This document shows positions 13,809-26,263 of a stretch of 64,000 nt of DNA, one piece after another (within the stretch, counting starts at the first letter, position 1; each line of letters opens with the position of its first letter). A program made the translations under genes and the position numbers. The DNA comes from Scenedesmus sp. PABB004 (taxonomy: Eukaryota), in the NCBI GenBank assembly GCA_014905635.1, contig JABVCE010000023.1, forward strand, positions 248,001 through 312,000, read 5' to 3'. Under the pieces are notes generated by a model that was not told where the DNA came from, did no database searches, and saw only the letters and a list, made by a program, of their open reading frames with translations.

Positions 13809-16800
13809 ATGGAGCCGCCGGGCCGCCAGCCGCCCCTCGGCGGCGCGCCCGACTTGCCGCTGGCCGCGCACATGCGCGTCCGGCCGCGCGTGGAGCTGGG
13901 CGGCGCTGGGCCCCAGCCCCCGGCCGCCGCGGCGACGACGCCGGGCGTGCGGAGCAGCATGTTCAGCTACCTCGGCCGCCTCCTAACGCCGGCCACGCGC
14001 GTGCTGCGCGCCGGCAGCGGCGGCAGCGGCGCGGCGAGCGGCGGCGGCGCGGCGAGCGGCGGCGGCGACCCCGCGGCGGCGGGCTCGCAGTTGGCGCGCA
14101 GCAGCCTCCACGCGCACCCGGCGGCGGCGGCGCCGCTGCCAGCCGCCGTGCCACGGGCGCGGGGCGACGAGCCCGATCGTCGCGGCAGCGACGACGCCGC
14201 GGGCCCGCCGCCGCTGGTGCTTCCGCTGGGCCCCGCGCGCGGCGAGCGCCAGCAGGAGCAGCAGCAGCACCAGCGGCAGCTGGGGCCGGCGCCTGCAGGG
14301 CTCGCCGGCAGCGCCCCCGGCAGCCCCGCGTCCCCCGCGCCGCGGCGCGCTGCCGGGGGCCCTCCGTCGCGAGCAGGACCGGCGGCCCCGCCGCGGCCTG
14401 GGAGGCAGCAGCGGCTGAGGCGCCCTTCCAGGACCCCTGCCTGCACTCGCGGCACAGCCCGGGGCCGCGCAGCCCCGCGCCCGCGCGCGGCCGCGCCGCG
14501 CACGCCGGCGGCGGGAGCGGCGGCAGCGCCGGCAACGGCGCCGGCGCCGCGGCCTCGCCGGGCGAGGAGCGCTGGCACGACGCGCCCGCCTCGCCGCCCC
14601 CGGGCACGCCGCCCGGCGCCCCGGCGCCCGGCGGGCGCCACGGCGGCGGGGCGCGGCCCGAGGGGGCGGGGGGCGAGGAGGAGCGTTTCGAGGACGCACA
14701 GGGCGAGTTCAGCCCGGGACGCTCGCCGCTGCGGAGCCCCGGCGGCTGGGGCGCGCGCGCCGCGCAGCGCCGGCGCCACGGGGCGCAGCACGAGGCCTGG
14801 GGCCTGCCGGCGGCGCACGGCGACGCGGACGGGCCGGAGGTGTCGACTGCGGCCGGGGGGCCGCAGCGAGCGGGGGCTCCGCTGCCGCGGCGCCGGCGGC
14901 GCCCGTGCTCAGCGCCGGCCGCGGCGCCGACAGCGAGGGCGAGCTGCCGAGCAACGCGCTGCTGGGCGCGTGGCCGCAGCTGCCGCTGGGGCCGCAGGCG
15001 CACGCGGGGCTGTCGCCGGTCTGCTCCGAGGCGCGCCGGCCCTCCAGCGGCGCCTGGCGCAAGCAGCAGGCCGCCGCCGCCGCGGCCGTCGCAGCGGGCT
15101 GGTACCGTCGCCGGCTGTCGGTGTCCGAGGCGCCGCAGGCAGCGGCGGCGGCGCAGCTGCCGCTCGGCGCCAGCGCCAGCCCAGCGCCCGCCGCGGGCGG
15201 CGGCTCGGGGGGCCCCGGCCGCGGCTCGGGGGCCCCGGCCGCGGCTCGGGGGGCCCCGGCCGCGGCTCGGGGGGCCCCGCCGCCTCGCCCGCCGCGCACT
15301 CGGGCTTTGTGTCTGCCCACGAGCACGAGGCGCGCCATGGCAGTGCCGGCTCTGGCGGGCGGTCTGCCAGCCCGGCGGCGCGGTACGCGCGCGCCGCGGC
15401 CGCCGCCGCTCGGAGCGGCGGCGCGCTCGGCAGCGCCAGCCCGCCGAGGCGGCGGCGGCCGGCGAGCAGCTCGGCGGCGGCGCCGGCGCACAGCGCCGAC
15501 AGGCTGCTGCAGCGCGTGCAGCAGCAGCTCCAGAAGCGCCAGCTGATGGGCGCGGACGCAGCCGCGCCAGCGCCCCCAGCGGCTGCCCCGTGGCGCCGCA
15601 GCAAGCCAACGCCGGCGAAGCTGCAGCTGCGACCGTGGCGCACTCCGCGCCGGCCAGCCCGGCGCCGACGGAGGTGGTGGGGCCGGCAGCGGGCTGGCAG
15701 GCAGCGGGCGCCCGCTCGCCCGCGCCCGACAGCCCTGCCAGCACTGTCGTCGTTGCCGCAGGGAGCGGGGGCGGCGGCAGCGGCGGCACGGTGCGCTGGG
15801 GCGGCAGTCCCGAGGCCCGCGCGGCCAGCAGCGTCCATGACGGCGCCACGGACGTGCCGCCGACGCTGCCGTGCTCGCCCGCGGCGGAGGCGACGCCAGC
15901 AGAGGCAGCAGCGGCTGGGCCGCGCGCGGCCGCGCCGCGCGCCGACGCTGACGTGCGAGCGGCGGTCAGCGGCGCCGCCAGCGAGCCGGGTGGCGCCACG
16001 CCCGGCGCTGCCGCGCCCTGCGACGACGCCGCGGCGGCGGTCGGGGCGCGCGCCAGCGCAGAGGAGGAGCGAGCCGGGCGGCCGCCGGTGGCCGCGCTGG
16101 AGCCGGCGATCGCGGAGCTGGGTGCGGCACCAGCAGGCGCGGCGCCAGCAGCTGAGCCTCGGGAGCAGCAGCCACCGCTCGCCGTGAGCTGCGCGGCGAC
16201 GCACGTGTGCGGCGGCCAGGCCAACGAGGCGGCCACCACGGCGCCCGTCGGCGCCGCGACGGCGGCGGCGGCGGCGGGCAGCCCGGCGCAGTGGGCGGCG
16301 GCCTCGCCGTTCGGGACCCCAACGCAGGGCGCAGTGGCGCAGCAGATGGCGGCGGTCGGCGCGCTGGTTCGGCAGCTATACTTCCAGACCACGCCCAGCC
16401 CCAGCCCGCGCGGCTGCCTGCTGCCCGGGGCGGGCGCGGCGGCGCAGGCGCTGGCGAGCGCCGACGCCGGCGACGCCCTGGGCGCGGACGCGGCGGCCAC
16501 GCAAGCCCCCGAGGCCACGCCGCCGCTGGCAACGCCGGGCGGCTTTGGGGGCCTGGGCCTGGCGCAGCTGCTCACACCCAACACGCCGGCAGCAGACGCC
16601 CTGCCCACGCCCCGCGCCTTTGCCGCCCCGGCGCCGGGCGGCGAGGCGGCGCCGGGCGGTGAGGCGGCGCCGGCTGCGCCCAGCCCCAAGCGCCGCCGGC
16701 TCGCGGGCGGCGCGCCGTGGCCGACGCTGGCGCCCGAGGCGGTGCAGCTCATCCTGGCCGACCTGGCGGGCTGGTTTGGCGAGGGCCGCGAGCAGCAGCG

Positions 16801-16966
16801 ACAGCAGGAGCTGGACGCCGTGGCGGCCGCCGCGCGCGAGGCGCGCTCTGGCACCAAGCGGCCGCGGGACGAGGCGGGGGGCAGGCGAGGCGCCGCACAC
16901 GCGACAAGCCCCCTCCCCGGCTTCCTGCCGGCACTCGAGTTCATCCGCAGCCTGCCGGCCCGCTGA
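13809..16966 (+). CDS. Low-complexity Ala/Gly/Pro/Ser-rich protein of unknown function (about 1050 aa if four -1 frame switches are repaired); possibly nuclear
   Basis: gccATGg at 13809 (MEPPGRQPPL...SMFSYLGRLLTP). Protein-like segments fall in successive frames (EERWHDAP/EERFEDAQGEFSP; ADSEGELPSNALLGAW; ADRLLQRVQQQLQKRQL; ...LEFIRSLPAR*). It has many SP/TP sites and NLS-like PSPKRRRL and GTKRPR. No family recognised. Confidence 0.55.
15202..15280 (+). repeat. 21-bp coding tandem repeat (GSGGPGR) x4; copy 2 is one G short
   Basis: ggctcGGGGGGccccggccgc units with G-runs of 6, 5, 6 and 6 at 15207, 15228, 15248 and 15269. Confidence 0.9.
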
Positions 16967-17074
16967 TGGCAACTCGGCGGCGCGGCGCAGCGGAGTGCGG
17001 GCCGTCGCGGGCGGGGCGTCGCGGCGGAAGGGGCGGGTGTGACGGCGAGTTGCACGCGCGCCGCCGCGCCCGCC

Positions 17075-20000
17075 TCACACCAGCGCCGCCGCGCGATGCA
17101 GCCGCCCCGGCAGCGCCGCCTCGGGGTGGTCCGTGGCCCAGACGTCGAGCTGCTCATATAGCGCGGCCAGGCGCTCGCGCGCGTCGCCAATGGCCAGGGC
17201 CTGCCCCGCCAGCAGGTCTTTGAGCCGCTCCAGCTGCGCGCCGCCGGCGCCGCCCGCGGCCTTGGTCACGCCGCCGCGCGCCGCCGCGCGGCTCGCGGCG
17301 AGCGCCGGCACGCCCAGGAAGGGGCTGGCGCCGCGTCCCGGCGTGCGCCGCGCGGGCGCCGCGCCGCTCGCCGTGGGCTGCTGCTGCTGCTGCTGCTCCT
17401 GCTGCTCATCGCGCTGCGCCGCCGCCGCCGCGGTGGTGTACGCGTCCAGGCGCTCGCGCAGCCCCCGCCAGGACGTCCGCAGCTGGTCGCGCCGCTTCTC
17501 CCACACCTGCGGCGGCGGCGGCGGCGGGGCCGGTTAGCGGGCGGGCGGCGGGGGCGGCGGTGTGGGGGCGGGGACGCATGGGAGGCCCGCGCACCTCCAG
17601 CTGCTTGCCCAGCTGGTGCTCCGCGGCGCTGGGCGGGCGCGGCAGGCTCCAGTGCAGCCCCGCCAGCAGCGCGCCGCGCTCCGCGAGGTTGTTGGACACC
17701 TCGGTCAGGCGGGCCAGGCGGGCCGCGAGGTCCTCCTGCGGAGGAGGCACACGCACGGCGGCCGGCGGCGCGTGAGCGACGGGCCGCGCCGCTGCGGGCC
17801 GCTGCGCGCGGCGCGCGGGCCGGGCGGCACGCACCTGGCGCGCCGCGGCCGCCTGCGCGAGCTGCTGCAGGGATGCCACCGCCGCTGCCTGCTCGTGCAC
17901 CTCGTCGTGCAGCTGCCTCACGCGGCCGACCATGTCGGCGTGCGCGCCCGTCGCAAACTGGACGTGCGTCGCGACGAGCCAGCGGCTCGCGGCGTTGAGG
18001 TAGGCCAGCCCCGCCGCGTCGGACGCGGTGAGGGCGCCGAGGTCGTCGGGCCGCGCCGGCGGCGGCAGGCGGCGGGGGCCGCGGAAGATGTCGTCGTAAA
18101 ACTCCTGGAGAGGAGGAGGAGGGGGGGGGGGGGGAGGGGGCGGACGAGGGGCGCGTGACGGGGGCAGGCGGGGCGCGGCAGCCCGCCGCCGTGCGCAGCG
18201 AGCGCGGCGCGGCGCGGCGCACCTCCATGCGCGCCTTGGCGTCCAGCGCCTCGCCGCGCAGCAGCCCGCCGGTCAGGTCGACCCCGTCGTCGGCGTCGTC
18301 CGCCTCGGCGCCGAGGGCGTCCAGCGCGGCGCCGCCGGCGCCGCCGAGCACGCCCTCGCCGAGCACGCCCGCGGGGCGGGGGCGCAGGAACACGAGGTCG
18401 CCGGCCGCCTCGAGCAGCACGCAGCCGCTGCCCAGCAGGGCGTTGCCGACGACCGTGCTGCCCACGACGGCGCTGCCCGAGACCAGCAGCTCTTGCAGCG
18501 ACGGCGCCGGCAGCGCGCCGCCGGCGGGCGCGGCGCCGGCGCTGCCCCAGACGTCGCCCGCGCCGCCGCCGCCCGCGGCCGCCTCGAGGCGCGCCGCGAG
18601 CTGGCCGAGCCAGCGCACGTTGATGCCCCACGCGCCCTGGTCGTGCGCCGCCCAGAAGCGGCCCGGCAGCTCCGGCGCCGCGTGCAGCGTGAGCCGCGAC
18701 AGCTGCAGCAGCGCGTCGTCGTCGTCGCCGTCGTCGTCGTCGCCGTCGTCGCCCTCGCTGTCGCTGCCGGCGGGCGCGCCAAAGCCGAGCGCGCGGCGCG
18801 TCGAGCCGGCGCCGCGCGCGGGGTCGTACCCCGCATCGCTCGCCTCCTCGCTGTCCGCCGGCGCCGCGCCGTCCCAGGCGTCGCCGTCGTCGTCGTCGTC
18901 GGCCCAGGCCTCGCGCTCGCCGGCGCCGCCGGGCGGGCGGTGGAGGTTGACCCGCAGCGCGTCGAGCAGCAGCAGCGGGCTCACCAGCCCGCCGCCGCCG
19001 CCGGCCCAGGCGGAGCCCGCGTCGTCGTCCTCGGGCACCGTCGACAGGCCTGCCGGCGCGGCGCGGGGCGGGGCGCGGCGCGGGCGGGGCTCGGCGCGCG
19101 GCGCGCGCACGGCGCGAGGCGCCGGCGTCTGCCGCCGCCGGGCGCGCGCGCGCGGTGTCACCTGGCGCGGCCGGGCGCATCGGCAGGGGCTCCGCCTCGT
19201 AGCGCACCGCCGCGACCTCGCCGCGCCGGTCGTACGCGCACTGCGGCGCCGCGTCGAGCCAGGCGGGCACGACCTGGCCCAGCTCCAGGGCGTGGGCGTA
19301 GATGGTGCCGTTGCTGAAGCCGCTGGCCAGCACGCAGAAGCCGGGCCCCGCCGGCGCGCCGCCCGCCCCAGCGACAGCCCCGCCAGCCCGCCGCCGCCCG
19401 CGCCGCCGGCGCCGCCGCCCGACAGCGCGAGCGCGCACGCGACGCTGCGCACGGCGCGCGTGCGCAGCGACGCCGCGCCGGCGTTGAGCGGGCCCTGCAG
19501 CGCGGGCGCGGCCGTCTCCAGCAGGTGCGGCCGCGCTGCGACCGCGTCCGACTCGTGCGCCAGCACCGACAGGAACGCCGCCTGGGCGGCGGCGGCGGCG
19601 GCGTGAGAGGATGGGCGGAGGCACGCGGGTCTGCGTCGCACGAGCGGTTCGCGGCCCTGCTGCGCGGCGGCGCCGCGCCGCGTGCCGCACCAGCAGCCAG
19701 GCGTGCGCGGTGCCCTGCGACGCGTCCAGCAGGCGCTGCAGCACGCCGCTGGGCATGCGCAGCCCGAAGGGCGCGACCGGGCACAGCGCATACAGGCCGC
19801 CGTCTGAGGCGAGGAACAGGACGGCGAGCGAGGCCCAGCCCGCGCCGGGCGGGCCAAACGCAAAGCCCGTCACGCGCGCCGGCAGCCCGCCGCCGCCGCC
19901 GCCGCCGCGCGCGCCCAGGCGCCCGCCGCGGCGCAGGCCGACCGACTGCTGCGCGCCGGGCAGGCGCAGCGCAAAGGTCTGCTCCGCCTCGGCCAGGCGC

Positions 20001-20988
20001 GCGGTGTGGTAGAGCCGCCAGCGGTTGTCCGACGCCAGCGCGGCAAAGTGCGCGCTGCTGCCCGGGTGCCACGCGACCTGCGGAGGCAGTCGCGGCGCGG
20101 CGCGGCGGGGTCGGCCGGCGCGCGCGGCGGCCGGCGCGCTGCCGGCGCTGTGCCCCCTGCCGCGCCACGCGCCTGCAGTATGCGCAAGCTCGGCCGCTCG
20201 CCATACAGGCCCTGGTGCACGGGCAGCAGGCTCGCGAGCCGCTGCTTGGCGCCCGGGTGGCTGGCCGACGGCGGCGCGCCCGCGGGCGCGGGCTGCGAGG
20301 CGTAGACGTCGACCAGCGCCAGCACCGGGACGCTGTCGTCCTGCGGGGCCGACGCGTCGCGGCGGCGCGTGTGGCCCGGCCGGCGCGGCTGCGGCCCTGC
20401 CGCCGCTGCGCCCCGGCGGCGGCTGCTGTGCCCCCTGCGCCACGCCGCATGCCCTCCGCCGTGCGCCGCGCCGCACGGCGCCGCGGCGGGCGCGCGCGCA
20501 CCTGGCGCGACGTGCCGACGAGCAGCAGCTGGTGCCCGTCCGGCGACGCGGCCGCCGCGGTGACGTCAAAGTCGATGGCCGGCGCCGTGCGCACCACCTG
20601 GCTCACGGTGATGCCGCCCAGGGCGACCGCGGCGTCCTGGGCGCCGCCGCGGCAGCAGCGGCAGCGGTTGGCGCGCACCGCCGCGCCGCCCCGCGCGGCG
20701 CGCCCGCCGGCCCGCCCCGCGCCGGCTCCTGCGATGTCCGGCCCGTCTGCACCTGGGCGTCGGGCGCGCGCAGGGCGTCCGGGAAGACGTCCGCGACCCA
20801 GAGCTCGCTGATGGACGGATCGCCGGCGCAGCGCGCCACGCCGAACCTGCGCCCGGCCAGCGCGCGCCTGAGCGGAGGGCCGGGCGTGAGCGCCGCGCTC
20901 GCGCGCCACCCCGCACTCACAGGCGCCCCGTGTCGTCGCCAGCGACCGCGGAGCAGGCCGCCCAGCAGCCCTTGGTGGCGGGCGCCAT
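17075..20988 (-). CDS. NUP88: Nuclear pore complex protein Nup88/Nup82 (MOS7-like)
   Basis: Spliced ILQ|VAWHPGSSAHFAALASDNRWRLY and WASLAVLFLASDGGLYALCPVAPFG are Nup88 beta-propeller motifs, followed by a C-terminal coiled coil. Start gccATG at 20988, stop at 17075. One -1 frame switch is needed at about 19366-19381. Confidence 0.85.
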
Positions 20989-21495
20989 GGCGATCACGCG
21001 CGTGGCCGTGGCGATCAGGGGAGCGCTCAGCTGGCCATCCGGGCGTCAAGAGCGGATGCTGCTGCTGTCGCTGCGGCGGCGTGCGCCGCTGCCGCCGCTG
21101 GACGTCGGCCGGGCGCGGGTGCCGCCGCTGCCGGCGCGGCGCGTGTCGGGCTGTGTGCTCCAGCTGTCGTGGCGGTCACGGGGCGGTGCGCGTGGCACCA
21201 AGGACGCCGGCTTGGCATTGAACGCGGCGGGGTTTTGGGCACGCGCGGCGGCGGCGACGTGGCGCAACCGCCGCGGCCGCCGCTCGGCAATCCGCGACCC
21301 GCCCTGCCCCCGCCGCCATCCCCCGACCAACAGCCATCGCCCCCGACGCGCGTGCGAGCACGCAGAGGCGCATCAGAGGGCGCCACACCTCGACAGCACG
21401 CAGCTGGCTCTCTGCTGCTCCCCCGGCCTCTCAGAGCCGCGCCCGACCGCGCCCCGCGCCGACCGCGATCCGGTCGTCCTTAGCAGCCCTTCGCC

Positions 21496-24400
21496 ATGGC
21501 CGGGCGCCAGGTGGACGAGCGCACGCGCGCCCTGCAGGCGGCCAGCACGGCACTGGTGCTGCAGGTGCGCCCTGCGGCGCCCCGCTGGCCCGCGCACCGC
21601 GCCCGTGCGGCGCCCTCGCGCGCTGCGGGCGCGCTCCTTCCGCCGCCGCCGCCCGCGCGCGCGGGCGCGCCGGCGGCCGCGCCGCAGCCGCGCGAGTCGC
21701 TGCCGCTGCTGCGCGGCCACGAGCCGCGCGGCCGCTCGGCCCCGCCCGGCCCCGCCGCTCGCCGCAGCACGCGGAGGACCCCAAGGCCGACATCGTCGCG
21801 GAGCGCGCGCGCGCGTCGTTCAGCGCCACCGAGCTCTGCGCTTGGCTCAACGGTGGCCAGGACAAGGTCGACCGCCGCGCCGCGTTTGCCGAGGCGCTCG
21901 CGCGCGCGCCGTGGGGCGACAAGAGCCGGCAGTACTTTTACACGCGCGAGGAGGAGTACGTGCACGGCCTGCGCTGCGCGCTCGGCATCTGGTGCGGCTG
22001 CACGCGGCGGCGCGGCGCCGGCGGCCCGCGGCGCCCGCGGCGGCGCGCGCGCGCCGACGCCGCCCGCCGCGCCCCCGCTGCCGCTGCCGCGCGGCGCAGG
22101 CAGAAGATGGGCGCCGAGAAGCTGAGCATGGACGACGGGCTCATGATGCGCGTGCTCGCAGACTCTCCCGGCGGCCTCGAGCTGCACATCGGGGTGCGCT
22201 GCCCGCGCGCCGCACCGCGCCGCCACCCTGCCGCCGCCGCCGACGGGGCGCCGCGCGGCCGGCCGCCCGGCGCGCGCCGCCGCGCCCCCGTGCCTCCCTC
22301 CCTCCCCCTTGGCCCTAAACCCTGAACCCTAAACCCTGACTCCCTCAACCCGCGTCGCTGCCGGGCGGCGCTGCAGATGTTCATGCCCACCATCATGTCC
22401 CAGGGCGACGCGGAGCAGCAGGCCAAGTGGATGCCGCTCTGCCTCAACCTGCAGGTGACTGCTGCGGGGGGCGAGCGGGACCGCGGGTCGCGCTGCCGCG
22501 CGCACGGGACGTCCGCCGCCGCCGCCGCGCCCGGCCGCGCGCGCCCATGCGCCCCGTGCCGCGCCGCGCCAGATCATCGGGACGTACGCCCAGACCGAGC
22601 TGGGGCACGGCACCTTTGTGCGCGGCCTCGAGACGACGGCGACGTACGACCCCGACACCCAGGTGCGCCACCCTGTGTGCGCGCCCCGGGCGCCCCGCCA
22701 GCCGCGCCGCGCGCGCGCCCCGAGCGCCGCCCCGCCGCCCCGCCGCGCCCCCCCCCCCCCCCGGCCGCGGCCGCAGGAGTTTGTGATCCACTCGCCGACG
22801 CTGACGTCGACCAAGTGGTGGCCGGGCGGCATGGGCAAGACGGCGAGCCACGCTGTCGTCATGGCGCGGCTCGTGGTGGGCGGGCGCGACCACGGGCCGC
22901 ACGCCTTCATCGTGCAGGTGCCTGCACGCCCCGCGCCGCGCCGTGCACGCGCCGCGCTGCACACCCGTCCCGCCGCGCACGCGCCCACGCACGCGCCCAC
23001 GCGCGCGCCACCGCCGCGGCCGCGGCCGCCGCGCCGCCGCGCAGCTGCGCAGCCTGGAGGACCACCGCCCGCTGCCGGGCGTGACCGTGGGCGACATCGG
23101 GCCCAAGTTTGGCTTTGGCGGCGTGGACAACGGCTACCTCTCCCTGGACCACGTCCGCATCCGTGAGCAGCGGTGGCGCCCCAGGGGGGGGGGCGGCAGC
23201 GACAACTGGGCGCACGCGGCGGCGGCGGCGGCGCGCCAGCGTCAGGGTGATGGGAGGGACGGCTTTTGTTTGGAGGGCCGAGCCGGCCGGGCTCTGCTGC
23301 CCGCACGCTCACACGCCCCCGGCGCGCCGCTCCGCACCCCTCCCCCCTTCTTGAACCACCCCACGCACCAGCGCGGGAGCAGATGATGATGCGCTTTGCC
23401 AAGGTCACGCCTGAGGGCACCTACGTGCCGCCGCCGCCGGCCAACGCAAAGGCGCGCGCGCGCCGCGGCGCGCACGCAGGGGCACGTCCGCGCCCCGCCT
23501 TGGGGAGCCAGCGGCGCCGCGCCGCGCGGCCGCCCCCGCACACGCCCCTCGCCGCGCCGCGCCGCGCCGTGCGTGGTGCGCCCCACCAGGCGAGCTACGC
23601 GACGATGCTCTTTGTGCGCGCCGACATCGTGCGCAACAGCGGCGGCGTGCTCTCCAAGGCCGCGACCATCGCGACGCGCTACGCCGCCGTGCGCCGCCAG
23701 ACCGCGCCCGCGCCGGGTGTGCGCGCGCGGCGCGCGGCCCTGCCCCCCCCCCCCCCCCCCCCGCGCGCCCGCCGCCCGCGCGCCGCAGCGCCCCTCACCC
23801 CGCTCCCGTCGCCCCCTTCCTCTGGCCACGCCCCGGCCTCGCCGCCGCCCCCGGTCTCTCGCCGCCGCCTGCGCCCCGCGGTCTCGCCGCCGCCAGGCGC
23901 TCGCGAGCTGCAGGTCCTGGACTACCAGAACGTCGCGGCGACGCTGCTCGGCCTGGTGGCCTCGGCCTACGCCTGCTGGTTCATGGGGCGGGACATGCAG
24001 TCACGCTACGCGCGGTGCGCGCCCCGCAGGCTGCGCGCCACACCCCGCGCAGCGCCCGGCGGCGGCAGCAGCAGCGGCGCCGCGCAGGCGCTCGCACCGC
24101 GCCCCGCGACGTTGACCGCTGACACCCGCCCGCGCCGCGACGTCGGCGTGCCCTAAACCCTGCGCCAGGTTTGAGGCGGACCGCGAGCGCGGCGAGTTTG
24201 GCGACCTCCCCGAGCTGCACGCGCTCTCGAGCGGGCTCAAGGCCACCTGCACCGCCATCACCGCGGACGGCATCGAGGCCGCGCGGCGCAGCTGCGGCGG
24301 GCACGGCTACAGCGCGCTGAGCGCGCTGCCACGCATGTATGCGAGCTACGTGCAGGTGGGGCGCGACGGAGTGTGCCTTTGCGCGTGTGCGTGCGCGTGC

Positions 24401-25994
24401 GTGTGTGTGTGTGTGGGGGGGGGGGGGCTCGCGTGCCGAGGCGTCGAGGCGCCAGCGCGGCGCGCCGCGCACGCGCCGCCCCTGACGCCCCTGACACACC
24501 CACACACGCACCCACCCACACACGCACACACACGCACGCGCACACATGCAGAACGTGACGTGGGAGGGGGACAACAACGTGCTCTACCTCCAGGTGGGCG
24601 GCCCCCCGGGCAGCCGTGGCTGGGGGAGGGGGGCGGGGGGCTGTGGCTGGGCCAGCTGAGGGCGGGGCGCGCGCCCGCGCGCGCACGCCTCCCCCACCCA
24701 CCCACCCACCCACCCACCCACCCACCCACCCACCCACCCACCCCCACCACTCACACACCTCCCACCCCCCCCCCCTGCCGTGCAGACTGCGCGCTACCTG
24801 CTCAAGGGCCTCGCCGCCGGCCGGGCGGGGCAGCCCGTGGCCGGCAGCGCCGCCTACCTGGGGGCGCTGAGCGACGAGCTCGCGACCACCTGCGCCGCCA
24901 AGGGCCCAGACTGCTGGGCCGACCCGGGTGCGCGCGCGCGCCCGGCGCGGCACGACGCGACGCGGCGCGGCGCGGCGCTGCGCCGGCCCCGCTCGCGCTC
25001 GCGCGGCCGCCGCGCTGACGCCCGCCCGCCCCCTCGCGCCCCTCCCCCCACCCACGCGCGCCCTCACGCGCGCAGCGCTGGCGCTCGCGGCGCTGCGGCA
25101 CCGCGCGGCGCGGCTGGTCGTGTCGGGCGCGGGCGTGCTGGCGGCGGCGTGCGGCGGGCGCGTCGCGTTTGAGGGCCCCGGCTGGAACGGCTCGACCGTG
25201 GCGCTCATCGCGGCGGCCAAGGCGCACTGCGACATGGTGCTGCTGCGGGTGCGCCGCGACCCGCCGCGACCCGCCGCGCACCGCCGCGACCCGCCCGGGC
25301 CGACTTGGGCCGCCAGCGCGCCCGCGCGCCCGCGCCCGCTGTGCCACGCCCCCTAAAACCCTAGAGTCGCCCAAAACCCTTATCCCCTCGCCCCCCAAAA
25401 CCCTGCCGCCGCCGCCAGACCTTCATGGACACGCTCGCCGCCGCGTCCGCGGGCGGGGAGCTGTCGGCGCCCGTGCTGGCGGCGCTGGGCCGCGCGTGCG
25501 CGCTCTTTGGCCTGGGCCTGGTCGAGGCCGGCGTGGCCGACCTGCTGGAGCCGGGCTGGATGAACGGTGCGGGCCGGGGGCGCACGACCAGGAGGGAGGG
25601 AGGGAGGGAGGGAGGGAGGGAGGGAGGGAGGGAGGGAGGGAGGGAGGGGCGGCGGCGCTGCCCGCGGCGGCGCTGCCCGCGCGGCGTCGGCGCGCGCCGG
25701 CCCCACCCGCAGGCGCCCCCGCCGCGCCCCCGCGCAGGCGCGCAGGCGGCGGCCGCGCGCGCCGCGCACCGCGGCCTGCTGTCGGCGCTGCGCCCGGACG
25801 CGGTCGCGCTGGTGGACGCGTTTGGGTGGGAGGACTACGCGCTCAACTCGGCGCTGGGGCGGTCCGACGGCGACGTGTACGCCGCGCTGCTCGCGATGGC
25901 GCGCGGCTCGCCGCTCAACCGCACCGAGGAGGGCCCAGCGTGGGAGGGCGTGCTCAAGCCCGCGATGCAGCGCCGCCCGCTGCCCAAGCTCTGA
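21496..25994 (+). CDS. ACX1: Peroxisomal acyl-CoA oxidase (ACX1/ACOX1 type)
   Basis: Spliced [59 protein letters not shown], catalytic TWEGDNNVL (42-nt exon 24552-24593), [13 protein letters not shown]-terminal PTS1-type tripeptide PKL*. Confidence 0.96.
22313..22340 (+). repeat. Interstitial telomere-like repeat (CCCTAAA/CCCTGAA) in an ACX intron
   Basis: ccctaaa ccctgaa ccctaaa ccctgac. Related motifs occur at 24151-24162, 25352-25405, 30187-30215 and 2396-2426. Confidence 0.8.
24695..24742 (+). repeat. (CCCA)n intronic microsatellite
   Basis: Direct reading; 3' half of an ACX intron. Confidence 0.85.
25594..25649 (+). repeat. (GGGA)n intronic microsatellite with G-quadruplex potential
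   Basis: Direct reading; 5' half of the last ACX intron. Confidence 0.85.
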
Positions 25995-26263
25995 GGCGTG
26001 GCGGCGGGCAACTTGGCGCGTGTGATCGAACGGTGGCAGGGCTTTGGGGCGCAGGCTTGGGGCTCGCAGGTCTCGGCGCCCGCGCGCGGCGCCGCCGCCT
26101 GATGCAACTCTCGATTGCCCTCCCCTCGCACGTCACACAGCAGGATCAGCCCGGCAGCCGCTCGCACCGCGCGCGCCGAGCTGCAGCCGCCCCGCCGCCA
26201 CGCCGAGCTTGCCGCCGCGGAGCCAGCAGGATCTCCCAGCCAGCGCAGCGTAGTACACGCGTC

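Noticed and set aside
15202..15280. Short direct repeats here and at 41332, 53709 and 3518 considered as CRISPR-like arrays
   Set aside because: The repeats are head-to-tail with no unique spacers, there are no cas genes, and the context is eukaryotic coding or intronic sequence.
13963..17190. Very long antisense and alternate-frame ORFs (e.g. 1075 aa here; 35575-39303 +, 32505-35066 +, 44168-46660 -)
   Set aside because: These are expected where stop codons are rare at this GC content. The translations are Arg/Ala/Pro-rich shadows of real genes, with no domains.
19366..19381. Nup88 as a pseudogene or programmed-frameshift gene
   Set aside because: There is a single-base deficit in a G-run and no X XXY YYZ slippery heptamer. 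The coding sequence is otherwise intact, and the same signature recurs across the window, so assembly error is likelier.
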